A stretch of DNA of 64,000 bases. It comes from Eledone cirrhosa (lineage: Eukaryota). A model generated the notes under the pieces. The model ran no database searches, was not told the DNA's origin, and was given only the letters and a program-made list of their open reading frames with translations. The translations under genes were made by a program, and so were the position numbers. Shown piece by piece: positions 15,050-28,511 of this stretch (its first letter is position 1; every line of letters begins with the position of its first letter). The stretch lies in contig OZ024741.1 in the NCBI GenBank assembly GCA_964016885.1, positions 370,388,001-370,452,000 on the forward strand, written 5' to 3'.

Positions 15050-15340
15050 CTTTCTACTCAGGACAGCTGTGATTCAATAGGTCAGCCTCATCATTCACTG
15101 TTATGCTGAATTTCTGTAGAATGTTCAGTCACATATGCTATAATACTTCAGGGACTATACTTGTGATTCAAAGGACCAGTTTGGTCACACAGTGTTAAGC
15201 TGAATCTCCCTGAGAACTACATTAAGGGTTTACGTGTTAGTGGAATATTCAGACACACACACAGTACGTTAATATCATGTACAGGTTTTTTCCTTTGATC
15301 GAACAACGGAACACTCATCGTCGGTATTGACGGAGATCCA
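15050..15340 (+). mobile_element. Nin/Deu-type SINE-like repeat
   Basis: gctgaatctccctgagaactacattaagggtttacgtg...gttaatatcatg...tgatcgaacaacggaacactcatcgtcg; same family as 11720-12300. Confidence 0.55.
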
Positions 15341-16090
15341 TTGCAAGTATGCAATGAGTGAGTGTTTGTGTGTATGTGTGTGTTTGTGTGTGTGTGTTTG
15401 TTTGTGTGTATGTGTGTGTGTACGTGTTTACGTTTGTTTGTGTGTGTGTATGTTTGTGTGTGTGTGTGTGTTTGTGTGTGTGTGTTTGTGTGTGTGTATG
15501 TGTTTGTTTGATTGTTTGTTTGTAAGTGTGTGTGTGTGTGATTGTTTGTTTGTGTGTGTATTTGTTTGTGTGTGTGTATGTGTGTGTTTGTGTGTATGTG
15601 TCTTTTTGTGTGTATGTGTGTATTTATGTGTGTGTTTGTTTGTGTGTATGTGTGTGTTTATGTGTGTGTTTGTTTGTGTGTATTTGTGTGTTGGGTGTGT
15701 GTTTGTGTGTATGTGCGTGTTTGTATGTGTGTTTGTTTGTGTGTCTGTGTGTGAGTCTGTTTGTGTGTATGTGTGTGTTTGTGTGTATTTGTATGTGTGT
15801 TTATTTGTGTGTATGTGCGTGTTTGTATGTGTGTGTGTTTGTTTGTGTGTGTTTGTGTGTGAGTCTGTTTGTGTGTATATGTGTGTTTGTGTGTATTTGT
15901 ATGTGTGTTTATTTGTGTGTATATGTGTGTTTGTGTGTATTTGTATGTGTGTTTATTTGCGTATGCGTGTGAGTACATGTCGAAGTTAGTGTATAAATGA
16001 TTTAGTGAGTAAAAAGCCGGCCTCTATTCTTCACGCCGTCTCTTAGTCTCTCTGGTCTTTGGTTGTTTCATCAAACGACAATTGACAGCA

Positions 16091-16241
16091 ATGGCCGCCG
16101 ACATCAAGAGAAGCAAAAGTGTCGTCATTGACACCAACTGGACTTTATGTAGGACCACATTTAATTTGCTCACGTCTCTTTCTCTTCACCCCTCTCTATA
16201 CACCATCTCTCTCTTTCTCTCTTTCTGTCCCTCTCATATAC

Positions 16242-16295
<54 letters not shown>

Positions 16296-16788
16296 TCTCT
16301 CTCATACACCATCTCTATCTCTCTTTCTCTCTTTCTGTCCCTCTTATATACATTCTCTCACTTTTTCTCTCTCTCTTTCTCTCTCTCATACTCTGCCAGT
16401 CTCTCTCTGTCTGTCTATCTCTAACTTTCTCTTTGTCTCTTTCTCTCCCTCTCTCTCTCTCATACACGATCCATCTCTCTTTCTCTTTCTCTCTCTCCAT
16501 CTCTCTTTCTCTCTCTCTCTTTCACTTTCTCTCTCTTTCACTCCCCCCCCTCTCATACAGCGCCTCTCTCCCTCTCATATATCGTCTCCCTCTCTCACAA
16601 TCTGTTTCGCTCTTTTTCTCTCACTCTCACCCTCCCTCTCCCTCTCCCTCTTCTTTGGTCTTTATATAGGTTTCTCTCACACAATGAACCAATTATACCA
16701 AAGAGAAGCTCTCTCTCTTTACAGCCAAGCGCTGTCTGTCCACAAAGACAACTTACAGCACCATCACTACTATAACAGTAGCTGCTAA
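16091..16788 (+). CDS. Possible two-exon small ORF or gene end (16091-16148 + 16670-16788; MAADIKRSKSVVIDTNWTLCFSHTMNQLYQREALSLYSQALSVHKDNLQHHHYYNSSC*)
   Basis: Two unique islands separated by (CT)n; GT donor at 16149, strong pyrimidine tract with AG at 16668-16669, phases compatible. No recognisable homology. Confidence 0.25.
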
Positions 16789-16814
16789 AACTGCTGCTAC
16801 TGCTGCTGCTGCTG

Positions 16815-16845
<31 letters not shown>

Positions 16846-16858
16846 CACTACCACCAAC

Positions 16859-16899
<41 letters not shown>

Positions 16900-16905
16900 A
16901 ACCAT

Positions 16906-16946
<41 letters not shown>

Positions 16947-16954
16947 GCACTACC

Positions 16955-16988
<34 letters not shown>

Positions 16989-17087
16989 TTACTACTACCA
17001 CCAACACCACCACCACCACCATCACCACTACCACTACCTTAAGGTGAAACATTTGTTCTCGGTATGGTGAACTAGCTGTTGTAGAAC

Positions 17088-17132
<45 letters not shown>

Positions 17133-17173
17133 CGAAACATAAGTCAATTGCATGAACTCATAATCCTTTATTT

Positions 17174-17231
17174 ACTGCTATATATATATTTCGATGATAG
17201 CCATTGAATGGCTATGACCTCATCAGGCAGT
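17174..17231 (-). ncRNA. Type I hammerhead ribozyme motif in a PLE pLTR fragment (17129-17295)
   Basis: Minus strand: actgc CTGATGA ggtc-atagccat-tca-atggctat-catc GAAA tatatata TA gcagt, then aataaa; embedded in (TA)n. Confidence 0.8.
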
Positions 17232-17290
17232 TAGTCAGTTCTTAGATATGCTAGCTCTGTGTTTATAGTGTTGATGGTATCAGAGCCTTG

Positions 17291-17336
<46 letters not shown>

Positions 17337-17789
17337 GTGTGAGTCTGTATGTGTGTATGTGTATATATATGTGTGTGTGTGTGTGTGTTAGTTAAATGTG
17401 TGTGTGTGTAACTACAGTTATAGGCGATGCGCTTTGCAAAGCACTCGATGCTGTTACGAGGTCCGTCTCTTGTTGTGTGCAATTAAAGTGCACTCAGGCT
17501 GTGAGGTTATCGGCTTTTCAAGAGACTCCCTCAATGAATTTCCTGAACTGACCACTATCAGTAAAAAGTTCTCGGGAGGGGGAGGGAGAATTATCACGTG
17601 GTATAATGTCATCTGAAGGGTAGTAAAGGGTAGAAAATTGGCGGGTAACAGGTTTGTTAGAAGAAGCAATCTGTTTCAGCCTAATTTTTACTCAACCAAA
17701 AAGGGAGTTAGGACAAAATAATACGCTACATATACATATAAATACATAAGTATAAACACATATGTGGTGAGAGAGTGGGACACTGACCA

Positions 17790-19110
17790 GGATCTCGAGC
17801 TCACTGACAATTAAGTCGTCAAAGCGTTGGAGGGATGACGAGAATCTGTAAAAAGGACTAACTCTGAGGAAAAGGGATAACTTAGAAATTGACAAGTAAT
17901 TCCTAAGTATAAAAAACTTTGGCGAGGCTCAATAGCCTCGGGGTTTTTTAAAGTTGCTCGATGTCACCTTAGATCAAACGATGGACTCGAAGGCTTCGTC
18001 GGTAATTGGGGCTCCAAGGGAACATCACGCTGATGAGGAAAAAACTTCGATAGAAGGGATGGACTCTGTAAACAGGTTTGCAGTCTGCAGATCTGAAGCT
18101 GGGTGGTTGAGACAGCAGAGCTCGCATTTGGATCAGTTGACCAGTTCCTCAATCATCTTCTTCGCGGTTGCAAGGACCCTTCAAACAAGCATTATCCAGA
18201 TACCAGACATTCAAATCTAGGTCAACTCCCATCTTAATGACGTGATCAATACCATGTGCGAAAAGTGCAGGTCCGAGCGGATCACCTTGTTGGACACCTG
18301 AAGCAGATAAGATGAAATGGTCACCGAAGAAGTGGTAAGAGGGCTCCCGATAGGCTTGCCAAGCAAAATGGTAAAGATGTGGAGCCCTCTTTTTTACTGA
18401 ACAGAGGATAACATCCCGACTGATAGAATTGAAAGTGTTCGTTGGATCTAGTTTGAGGTCTCAGAAGGCAAGTTAGTAAATACTCAGGTGGCGTGAGCGG
18501 CTATCTCACAGCCCAACTTGGTACTTACCCCTAGCTGAATAGGGGAACATTTGGCAAACAGGCAATCTGGAGTCGAAGACAGACACATTTTTGTAGTGAG
18601 CCGTCGCAGTGTAAACTCAACTGCCACGGGGTGAAGGTCACCATTAGGCTTTGTGAGGCCAAACGGTTTAGCCCTAATGAACAGAGAGCGAATACAAAGC
18701 GGGACACTCTCGGGCGAGAACAGATTATCAAACTGAGTGAGGTACTTCAAGAGCTCAAGGCCGGTATCTCCGGCCGACAAGGTGGCACCATTCTTGAGGG
18801 GGTGAGGTCACAGACCATCAATCTCTGCGCCAGAACCCGCAGGAAAGGATACAATCGCCTTCCTGACTTTATCTGGCGTGAAGACAGGCTGTACATAACC
18901 TGGTAGATCGATCCAGGGTAAGTGGTCATCCAGAGGGGCCACAGCATTTCCCTTAGTCGATCGAGTGAATTTAGAAGTGCATTGCCCGAGGGTGGACAGC
19001 AGGCGAGGGGGAGTGAACGGCCCTTTTAATGTCTAATTCGTTGAATTTAGCGTTGACGGCCTTCTTTAATTTCGGTGATCGTCCATTGATCGGAACTGAG
19101 TTGATCACCG
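17790..19110 (-). mobile_element. CRE-clade non-LTR retrotransposon, decayed RT domain
   Basis: GLTKPNGDLHPVAVEFTLRRL, PIQLGVSTKLGCEIAAHAT, SASGVQQGDPLGPALFAHGID, LNVWYLDNA and ILRNYLSISKLSLFLRVSP across frameshifts. Confidence 0.85.
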
Positions 19111-19146
19111 ACCTGAGATGAGCAGTATTTGGGTTGGACTTATATA

Positions 19147-19244
<98 letters not shown>

Positions 19245-19299
19245 GTGAGTGTATATGTGTGTCTGTGTGTGTGTGTATGTATGTGTGTGTGTGTGTAAA

Positions 19300-19425
19300 T
19301 GTAAACAGAAATAATAACACAATCGGTACTGTATATAGAAGGAATAAATTTGGTTAACGCTTGAAGTAGCAGGAAGAGGGTCTTAACGTTTCGGACGCTA
19401 GTCCTCCATCAAGAGAAAGAACCAG

Positions 19426-19428
<3 letters not shown>
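19300..19428 (-). mobile_element. PLE pLTR fragment, family F, degenerate HHR
   Basis: Minus strand ttgatggaggactagcgtccgaaacgttaaga; homologous to 27404-27560, 35511-35710 and 47270-47485. Confidence 0.7.
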
Positions 19429-19478
<50 letters not shown>

Positions 19479-19482
<4 letters not shown>

Positions 19483-19664
19483 TTCTACAGGACTAGAACT
19501 GTTTCATTCTTTAGAAATCATCAGGAATCTGAGATTCCTGATGATTTCTAAAGAATGAAACAGTTCTAGTCCTGTAGAATCTCATCTATATTAAAACTTT
19601 TATACTCTGCAATGTATTGAGTACCTTACTTACTGTGGTTACCTCCGATTCAACCCGGAATAAC
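19479..19664 (+). mobile_element. PLE insertion, family A: ~105-bp perfect palindrome with HHR-like core plus unpaired 3' tail
   Basis: gagattctacagg...cctgtagaatctc palindrome (19479-19583) containing CTGATGA-tttctaaagaat-GAAAcagttc; tail to cccggaataac; (TA)n on both sides. Confidence 0.8.
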
Positions 19665-19665
19665 G

Positions 19666-19702
<37 letters not shown>

Positions 19703-19703
19703 A

Positions 19704-19740
<37 letters not shown>

Positions 19741-20689
19741 GTGTCTGTGTGTGTGTGTGTGTATAATAGTCAATAATATTAGGCACCATTAGAGACGGCA
19801 AAAATTGACAAAAGATTTTCTTTGTCTCCAGGGGTACTTTCCATGTTATTTTATGGTCATAAGCCGCAACAGAATAACCGCCACCACCACTCTCCCCCCC
19901 CCCCCCTCCCACCACCATCATCATCAACTTCAACATCGTTTAGTTTGTATATATCTGTATATATATATAATACGTATTTTTATATATAAATATATATCTT
20001 TTTTTTATGTATGTATATATGTACGTATGTATGAATAAATGTATGTATGCGTGTATGTATTTATAAATGAATGAATATATGTATGTATGTATGTAGGAAT
20101 GTATACATGTATGTATATAGGAATGTATATATCTATGTATGTAGGTAGGAATGTATGTATGTATATGTGTATGTATGTACGTATATACATATTTATGTAT
20201 ATATGTATGTATGTATTTATCTGTGTGTATGTAGGAATGTATATATGTATATATGCATGTATGTATATATGTATGTATATATGTATATATGTATGTATAT
20301 ATGTATGTATATATGTATATATGTATGTATATATGTATGTATATATGTATATATGCATGTATATATGTATGTATATATGTATATATGTATGTATATATGT
20401 ATGTATATATGTATATATGTATATATGTATGTATATATGTATGTATATATGTATATATGTATATATGTATGTATACATAAACACTGGAAAATCTAGAAAC
20501 CCAAGCAAGATAAAGGCAAGACCATTATTTAATCGCTTTTATAAGTTGATTTGTTTTTTGTAAGGTTTTAGTTTCTTGAAGATTTGTTGGCACCACACCA
20601 ACACTCGCACCATCAGCCGTACTAACCCCAGCCCTTGTACCACAACGAATCCTAGCATGCTACCCTACCATATTCATCCCTACCACTGC

Positions 20690-21975
20690 CACTCCCACCA
20701 CCTCCACCATAAACTTCACCACCACCACCATAAACTTCGCCACTATAACCACCACAACCTCTCCCAATACCACTATAACCACCACCACCACAACCTCCCC
20801 CACTACCACTATAACCACCACTATAACCACCACAACCTCCCCCAATGCCACTATAACCACCACCACCACAACCTCCCCCAATACCACTATAACCAACACC
20901 ACCACCACCACCACAACCTCCCCCACTACAACTATAACCACCACAACCTCCCCGAATGCCACTATAACCACCACCACCACCACAACCTCCCCCAATACCA
21001 CTATAACCACCACCACCACAACCTCCCCCACTACCACTATAACCATCACTATAACCACCACAACCTCCCCGAATGCCACTATAACCACCACCACCACCAC
21101 AACCTCCCCCAATACCACTATAACCACCACCACCACCACCACCACAACCTCCCCCACTACAACTATAACCACCACCACCACCACAACCTCCCCCACTACC
21201 ACTATAACCACCACTATAAACACTACAACCGCCCCAATACCACTATAACCACCACCACCACCACAACCTCCCCCAATACAACTATAACCACAACCTCCCC
21301 CAATACCACTATAACCACCACCACCACCACAACCTCCCCCAATACCACTATAACCACCACAACCTCCTCCAATACCACTATAACCACCACCACCACCACA
21401 ACCTCCCCCAATACCACTATAACCACCACATCCTCCCCCAATACCACTATAACCACCACCACCACCACAACCTCCTCCAATACCACTATAACCACCACCA
21501 CCACCACAACCTCCCCCACTACCACTATAACCACCACGAGACTCCCCACCACAGCCACTAACACAACCACCACTAAAGCCAACATGATTATTATGCCCCA
21601 CCCCGACAACCACAGCCACAACCATTACCACTAGAAACAACTCCAATATCCCTAACATCTCCTCCTCCTCCTCCTCCTCCTCCTCCTCCTCCTCCTCCAC
21701 CACCACCACCACCACCACCAAAACCAGCACCACCACCACCACCACTAAGGCCAGCACCGTCGCCACCATCACCACCACTACCACCACCTAAACCAGCACC
21801 AGCACCACCACCACCACCAAATCCAGCACCACTACCACCACCACCACCACCAGCACCACCACCAAAACCAGTACCGCCACCACCACCACCACCACCAAAA
21901 CCAGCACCGCCACCACCACCACCACGACCACCAGCACCAGCACCAGCACCACCACCACCACCACCGCTCCACAAC
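20690..21975. repeat. (CAC)n-based minisatellite and microsatellites
   Basis: Repeated cacaacctcccccaataccactataaccacc units, then (CCT)n and (CCA)n. Confidence 0.9.
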
Positions 21976-22184
21976 TTGTCACCACCAGACAAACTATCAC
22001 ACTTCAGATATATCTCCCCCCTCTTGTACGTTTACCCTACTATCATGTTAAACTTACTATCAGTTTCAGTCCTTCCTCTGTTTATACACATATACATACA
22101 CCCATACATACACATAGATACATACACGCATACATATACATACATACATACATACATACACACACGCATACATACATACTATTA

Positions 22185-22757
22185 CATGGTGGCTGCCAAC
22201 TCGTTTTCGAGTACGGCCACTACTTTATATCCATGTAGGAGAACCCCTACCGAAGCGCTGAACGAGTGTGACTTTTTAGTCCAGCCAGCGACTTGAAAAC
22301 TCTGGTACAAACACTACACTTGTGACAATTACTGACACATAGTGCTGGGCCCATGGTACCATGTGACGACAAGTGCAGAGAGATCTCCAGATATAAAGCA
22401 ATGCCTGTGCCGTGAAGCTTTTATAGTGAGCAAAGGCACTGCACAAAGCCAGTCCCACTCTCTTAACCAAGATGATATTTACCAAAAAGAAGAACAAGTC
22501 AACATCATTGGATACCATCAGGGTTGCAGGTGTTATATCAGAGTTTTCCTTCTCCTAGAATTCTGCCTTGACAAAGGCTAAGGGGTCATCTCTCCCGGTG
22601 ATTTTGGATGGCCATTGACTCTTAAGAGTTCCTTTGACCTTTGACAGGTTTTGTTTTTAGTCCTGTAGGATATCCAAAGTCACCCTCCTCACCAAGAAAC
22701 CTTGGTGGGGTTGTCAGTTTAGTCGCCAACGACCCGACCATGAGACAGGTTGTACTG
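22185..22757 (-). mobile_element. RTE-clade LINE 5' UTR fragment
   Basis: Minus strand ggtcgggtcgttggcgactaaactgacaacccc and ctaggagaaggaaaactctg, typical of RTE 5' regions; 22439-22597 recurs essentially identically at 25272-25430. Confidence 0.6.
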
Positions 22758-22802
22758 TGATACACGTTACCATACTATTACATATATACGTACATACATA
22801 CA

Positions 22803-24607
22803 TAACCCATAACTTCTTTGTGGACGATCTGAAATTCTATGACAAGAACATGGATGGGATGAAGAAAAATCTTGACCTGGTTACAACGTTCTCAAAGGAT
22901 ATAGGAATGGAGTTTGGCCAAGATAAATGCTCATACAAGACTGTAAAGCGGGAAAAAACAACAACCCAATCTAGCAACATTGTCATCAATGGTCTAACTG
23001 TTTCACCGATATCTGATGAGGACTGCTACAGGTACCTGGAGATAGATGAGAACATATCCTATAATGGTATGTGTAATAAAGAACGCGTAACCAGGGAATA
23101 CTACACCCGATTAAGAAAGATCTGGTCATCGAAACTCTCTGCGCAAAACAAAACAGTGACTCACAATGTGTTTGCTGTGCCTGTCCTAACACCAACGTTT
23201 GGAATACTCAATTGGACGATAGACGAAATCCGAGCAGTTGATGTTGGAACTCGAAAAATACTGAACAACAACGGAAACTTCCACATCAACAGTGACATAG
23301 ACCGCCTTTACTTGAAACGTAAGCAGGGAGGCAGAGGGCTAACATCAGTCCAGACAACATTTGAATGTCGCATCATATCTCTCCGACAACATCTACGAAC
23401 CTCGAAGCGTAGGAGCCCCCTTCTCGAGCAAGTCTATCTGCATGAAACAGATAAGATCATGAGAGTTGGGAAGGAACTCCTTGAGAGATATTCCCTGTGT
23501 GATAATCAAAAACTCACACCCAGGGATGTCGCTCAGCAGTATTGCAGTGAATCCATGGATGAAAAACTGCATGCCTATCAGCAAAAGAATCATGCATGGA
23601 TATGTTGCCAGGAAACTCCAGAGTGAGAGTAATATAGATAAGGAAAGTAGTCTATCTTGGACCAACAACCGCTATATTGGCTCCCACTTTAAAGGATACG
23701 CTTTTGCAATCCAAGAACAGGAGATTAGCACGAAATACCTGATTCACAAAAGAGATAGGGATGCAGGCAAAACACCTAGATGTGATAACAAGTGCAGACT
23801 CTGCAGAACTAACATCGAGGATATCACCCATGTCATCAGCAGCTGCCCAAAACTGTCATCGCGGTACTATCTACCTATGAGGCATGATGTAGTGGCCAAA
23901 ACACTGTACAATGCAGTTCGTAAAAAAGATAGCCCCGATAATAAACACATTAAAAGCTACAACAATGTGGAAAACATCCATGTACATAATATGAAAGAGT
24001 ACTGGTGGAATGTTCCAGTAAAAACCCCAATAAAATGCAGGCATAACAGACCAGATATGATATGGGACAGGGAGAAGAAAACATGCACAGTAGTGGAAAT
24101 TAGCTGCCCAGCAGATGCCAATATAATATCAAAGATTAGTGAAAAGGAGAATATTTATGCAGAACTGATGAGAAATCTGCAGATACTCCACCCTGATTAC
24201 ACCTTCAGATTTATGCCTGGGATTATTGGGGCACTGGGATATGTTAGTAACTGCCTCAATGCAAATCTTGAGAAGCTAGGCTTCACAGGAACAGAAAGAA
24301 CACAACTAGTTAGGAAATTATAAGTACAATCCATTAATGGAACAGTAAAAATATGTAAAACATTCCAAAAATGTTGCATCTAATAATTGCATATACACAT
24401 GTACAGATACAAAGCATATACACATGCACAGATACAACTCAAAACATCCACATCCACACATACAATAACATCCATATCTACACATGCAGACATACATATC
24501 TACCTAGTTGATGTTGTGTAAATTCCAATGAGAGAGTCTTGTGTCTATGTTAGAAACCGACTCTCTCTCTATTGGTAAAACTTTGTGAAATTATAAAACC
24601 AGAAGAA
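22803..24607 (+). mobile_element. R4/Dong-clade RLE non-LTR retrotransposon, 5'-truncated pseudogene, inserted in (CATA)n
   Basis: FVDDLK RT motif, GGRGL, CRLC...HVISSC zinc knuckle, RHD, RPD...VEISCP...EKENIY endonuclease. Frameshift near 23590, premature stop at 24321; CATA repeats at both junctions. Confidence 0.92.
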
Positions 24608-24617
24608 CATACATACA

Positions 24618-24651
<34 letters not shown>

Positions 24652-24874
24652 CACACACATATATACATACATCATAGCTATACATAAATACATAAATACA
24701 TGCATGCATACATACAAAGACATACATACATACATACATACATAAATACATACTTACATACACACATACATAGATTCATTCATACATATATACATACATT
24801 CATACATACGTGCATGCATACATATGCATACATACATATGCATCCATACATACATACATTCATACATGCACATG

Positions 24875-25905
24875 CTGATTGCTACTTCTTGTCAGAAGAG
24901 TGCCACCCCTTCATTGAACATTGCACGGTCATTAAGCCACACTCACTGCAAATATACCGTGGAATACGTGGCAGTAGAATCATCTCACAGTTGGCTTTAT
25001 TTCTCCCTGGCTCGTGTTATTTAAGAAGGTTAACAAAACCAGCTCGTGTTAGAAGAAATCGGCCACATATATTGCACCTCAAATCTTGCTGAATTTTTGC
25101 AGACACTGCACTTGAGTCCCGCTTACGAAGTGAACGCTTCAAAACAGGATGCTCCACTCGCCTTTTCTCAAAGACAACACATGCATATTTGATGATCTTT
25201 CTCCATGATGTACAGCCTTGAGCCAATCTCTCCCAGTTCTCCATATCAATCTTCAGAGCATTAAAGATTGTCTGCACAAAGCCAGTCCCACTCTCTTAAC
25301 CAAGATGATATTTACCAAAAAGAAGAACAACTCAACATCATTGGATACCATCAGGGTTGCAGGTGTTATATCAGAGTTTTCCTTCTCCTAGAATTCTGCC
25401 TTGACAAAGGCTAAGGGGTCATCTCTCCCCTATGGGGTACTTTTAGGCTACGGCGAGCCACGCGTACCTGTAACTTCCTGAACAAGCAATGCCTGTGTTT
25501 TGAAGGTTTTTTGAAGTGAGGAAAGGCCTTGCACTCGACCAATCCCACTCTCTGAGCATCGAAAACACTACCCGAAAAGTAGAACTGGTCAACATCATCA
25601 GATGCTTCCGAAGAGACAGGTCTTTTTTTTCTAGAATTTCCCTGTTCTAGAAAGGTGTTGTAACAACAACTGGAGGCCTTTCCCTCCCAGGTTTAAAAAA
25701 AAGTACTATTTGGATGGCCGTTGACATCTGCTGAATTACTCCGCCCTTTGCCGCATCTTGTATTTCATCTCGCAGGGTGTTCAAATATCAACCTCCTCAT
25801 CAAGCAAGCTTAGTAGGGTTGCCAGTTCAGTCGCCGACGACCCGACCATGAGACAGGTTGTACTGGGTTACATGTTACCAGTAGCACTCGAGAGCGACCT
25901 GACCA
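24875..25905 (-). mobile_element. Internally deleted (bipartite) RTE element: 5' UTR fused to ORF C-terminus and 3' UTR
   Basis: 25272-25905 is RTE 5' UTR-like; 25017-25272 encodes LKIDMENWERLAQ..SWRKII...CNICGRFLLTRAGFVNLLK (BovB-like C-terminal zinc finger). Confidence 0.7.
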
Positions 25906-26067
25906 AATACATACATATACAATACATACATACATGCATACATGCATACATAATTATATACATACATATATAATGTATAAGTGTTTATACATGCATACAT
26001 ATATACACGAAAACATGCATTCATATATACATACACACATACTTGTATACATACATGCATACATGAA

Positions 26068-26500
26068 TTTGGTCATCTGATTCCACCAGCCTCACAACAA
26101 TAGGCCACTATACTCTTCTATCTTTCTTTGTCTCTGACAAGGACTGGTGCTCGAAACTAGTTTGTTCCCCACCTGTGAAGGTCATCATTTAGTTTCCATC
26201 TCCAGGTCTTCTTTGGCCTACCCTTTGGTCTTTTCCCACCAGCTGGCAACCATAACATTACAGTTCTTGCTGGTGTATTGTCCCCCATTCGTAGGACATG
26301 CCCTACCAGCTGCATTCTTCTGCTCTTGATGACAAGACTCAGGCGTGGGACATTGGCTCTTTGAAGCACATCTTCACCTGTGATCTTGTCTTGCCATCTA
26401 ATGCCCAGCATCTTTCAGAGGTATCTTTGTTGGAAAGTATCAAGCTGTTTTTTCTGTTCTGACGGTACTTTTCAATGTATCAACAGCATAGGTTGCTGTT
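26068..26500 (-). mobile_element. RTE-clade LINE 3' fragment
   Basis: LGIRWQDKITGEDVLQRA...RRMQLVGHVLRM...GKRPKGRPKKTWR. Confidence 0.85.
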
Positions 26501-26606
26501 GAGATAACAATTGACCAGAATAACCTCAACTTCGTTTTTAATGTGGGCTTCTTTGATTGCTATGAATACACACACACATTCACGCACACACACATTCACG
26601 CACACA

Positions 26607-26709
<103 letters not shown>

Positions 26710-26789
26710 CACTTATACGCACAAAAACTGACATATAAATGCATTTATACATAAACACAAACACACATAAAAAACAAGTTTTTTTGTTC

Positions 26790-27008
26790 ATTTTCTTACA
26801 ATATAGTTATGAATGATGTTTTGGCAAAGCGAGTGTTTGTTATGTCTCTTCAAAGAAGTAATATTACCTCTCTGAAGAGAGTTAGTGAACACTAGCTTTG
26901 CTGAAACATTGTAGCTATGTTGTAAAAAATGAATTGAATTAATTTATATATATAATCTATTAAACATATCTTAGCTCTGTCCTTACTGTTGGCTACTAAA
27001 AGCACCAG
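26790..27008 (+). mobile_element. PLE-like fragment with imperfect 78-nt palindrome and degenerate HHR
   Basis: gcaaagcgagtgtt...aacactagctttgc hairpin (26824-26901); CTGAAGA...GAAAcattgTA. Confidence 0.4.
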
Positions 27009-27067
27009 ATATACAGCCAAATTTTATATAAATATATAATTATATATAAATATATATATATGGTGAG

Positions 27068-27390
27068 GGGCGAAGACGCATGTGTTGGTGGTTGGAGCGT
27101 TAAGCTTGTAAACGTGCGGTTATGAGTTCGATTCCTGGACCGGGTGATGTGTTGTGTTCTTGAGCAAGACATTTTTCTCGGCTGTAGAAATGAGTTGCGA
27201 CATCGATGTTGCCAAGTTGTATCGGCATTTGCCTTTCCCTTGGACAACATCGGAGATGGGAGACTAGTCTGCAGGGGAGACTGGTAGTCTTCCAGAAACA
27301 ACCTCGCCCGGATTGTGTCTCTTAAAGGAAACTTTCTAGGAGCAAATGTCATTTTCATTCGTGACTGAAGGGGCTCTTTACCCATTACCC
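27068..27390 (+). mobile_element. tRNA-derived CORE-type SINE
   Basis: B-box gagttcgattcc followed by gttgtgttcttgagcaagaca (CORE-like); ends in (TTACCC)-like tail. Confidence 0.65.
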
Positions 27391-27484
27391 TTATATATAT
27401 AAGTAATAACAAAAATAACAAAACAAACGGCAAGGTACATGGAAGTATTATATTAGTTTAACGCTTCAAATAACAGGAAGAGAG

Positions 27485-27520
27485 TCTTAATGTTTCGGAC
27501 ATTAATCCTTCATCAGAAGA
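27485..27520 (-). ncRNA. Minimal type I hammerhead motif (PLE family F, fragment 27404-27560)
   Basis: Minus strand: tctt CTGATGA a-ggat-taat-gtcc GAAA ca TT aaga. Confidence 0.65.
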
Positions 27521-27620
27521 CAGAGTTAGAAATTGAAGATAAATAGAAAGTAAAATGTGATGAGAGGAATAAATAGGGAAAATGAGAAAAAAATGCAAAT
27601 TCAGTCGACCATATATATAT

Positions 27621-28510
27621 TAGGGTGGCCCTTAGCAATAGGTAATTTTCCGAAAGTTGAAATGTTGCTGATCCCACCCACTAACCCTCTTCCAATCCAC
27701 AAAAAACACGGGGTGTGTAGAATTTCAGCTCAATCGGACGACTGTTAGGTGACCTTCAGACGCCTTGAAGTTGGACACACATTATATGCAACGATTAATT
27801 TTTTTCAAAAGCGGTATACTGTTCCCTATCTCGACCATTTTCTTTTTTCTTTTTTCTTTTAATAGAAATTTATGTGGACACATCCAAGTAACCCCAGCAA
27901 ATGTTTAAAAACTTTCTGAATCAAATTTACCAATAGTTAATTTGAAACATTCCTGAAATAACATGAAAAACTTAAGAAATATTAGCTTTTCTTAATAAAG
28001 CACACAACTTCTATAAGAGAAACGCATTTTTACAACAATAATTTCTATAGAATCAAAAACATAATGTGAGCACAGAACACTGAATATTGAACATTATTGT
28101 TGCATAAGAGAGGATTTAGTGGCAGTTGGGTATGTTTTACAGTTTTCGGTAACGATCTATAAAACAAATTGTTTCTCAGTTTCGTCTTTTGTGAGAATGT
28201 TATTGTAATCCTGAATGAGTTTCACACCTCTTTCTACAACATTATTCACTAGTCTTCTCAAGTTTTTCAAGTCCACTTTTGTAACCAGGACCACCCTTCC
28301 ATGTTGAAGGGTCTCTGTCGAGGAAATCCGTGCAGATAGGAAATCTCATGAAGAAAGTTTTTGTACCAGGAGTTACAAAAGACGAAAACTGAATGTTTGT
28401 AAAGGAAGAAAGGTCATTTTGGGGCAGAATGTACTTCTTCAGTTGATGTTTTTATTCTTCCTCTTCTTCACCTTTGCTTCCAACATAAGGCAATATTTGC
28501 CTTAACCTCT
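27621..28510 (-). mobile_element. DNA transposon 3' half (Sola2-like), transposase C-terminus plus terminal repeat
   Basis: Minus strand 28095-28440: FLDRDPSTW...LVNNVVERGVKLIQDYNNILTKDETEKQFVL*IV. Terminus agggtggcccttagcaatag is shared with the MITE at 33456. Superfamily assignment is from memory. Confidence 0.6.
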
Positions 28511-28511
28511 C

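Noticed and set aside
20576-21787. His-rich and Gly-Tyr-Ser repeat ORFs reminiscent of cephalopod beak proteins
   Set aside because: Derived from a (CAC)n minisatellite, no signal peptide, frame changes mid-array.
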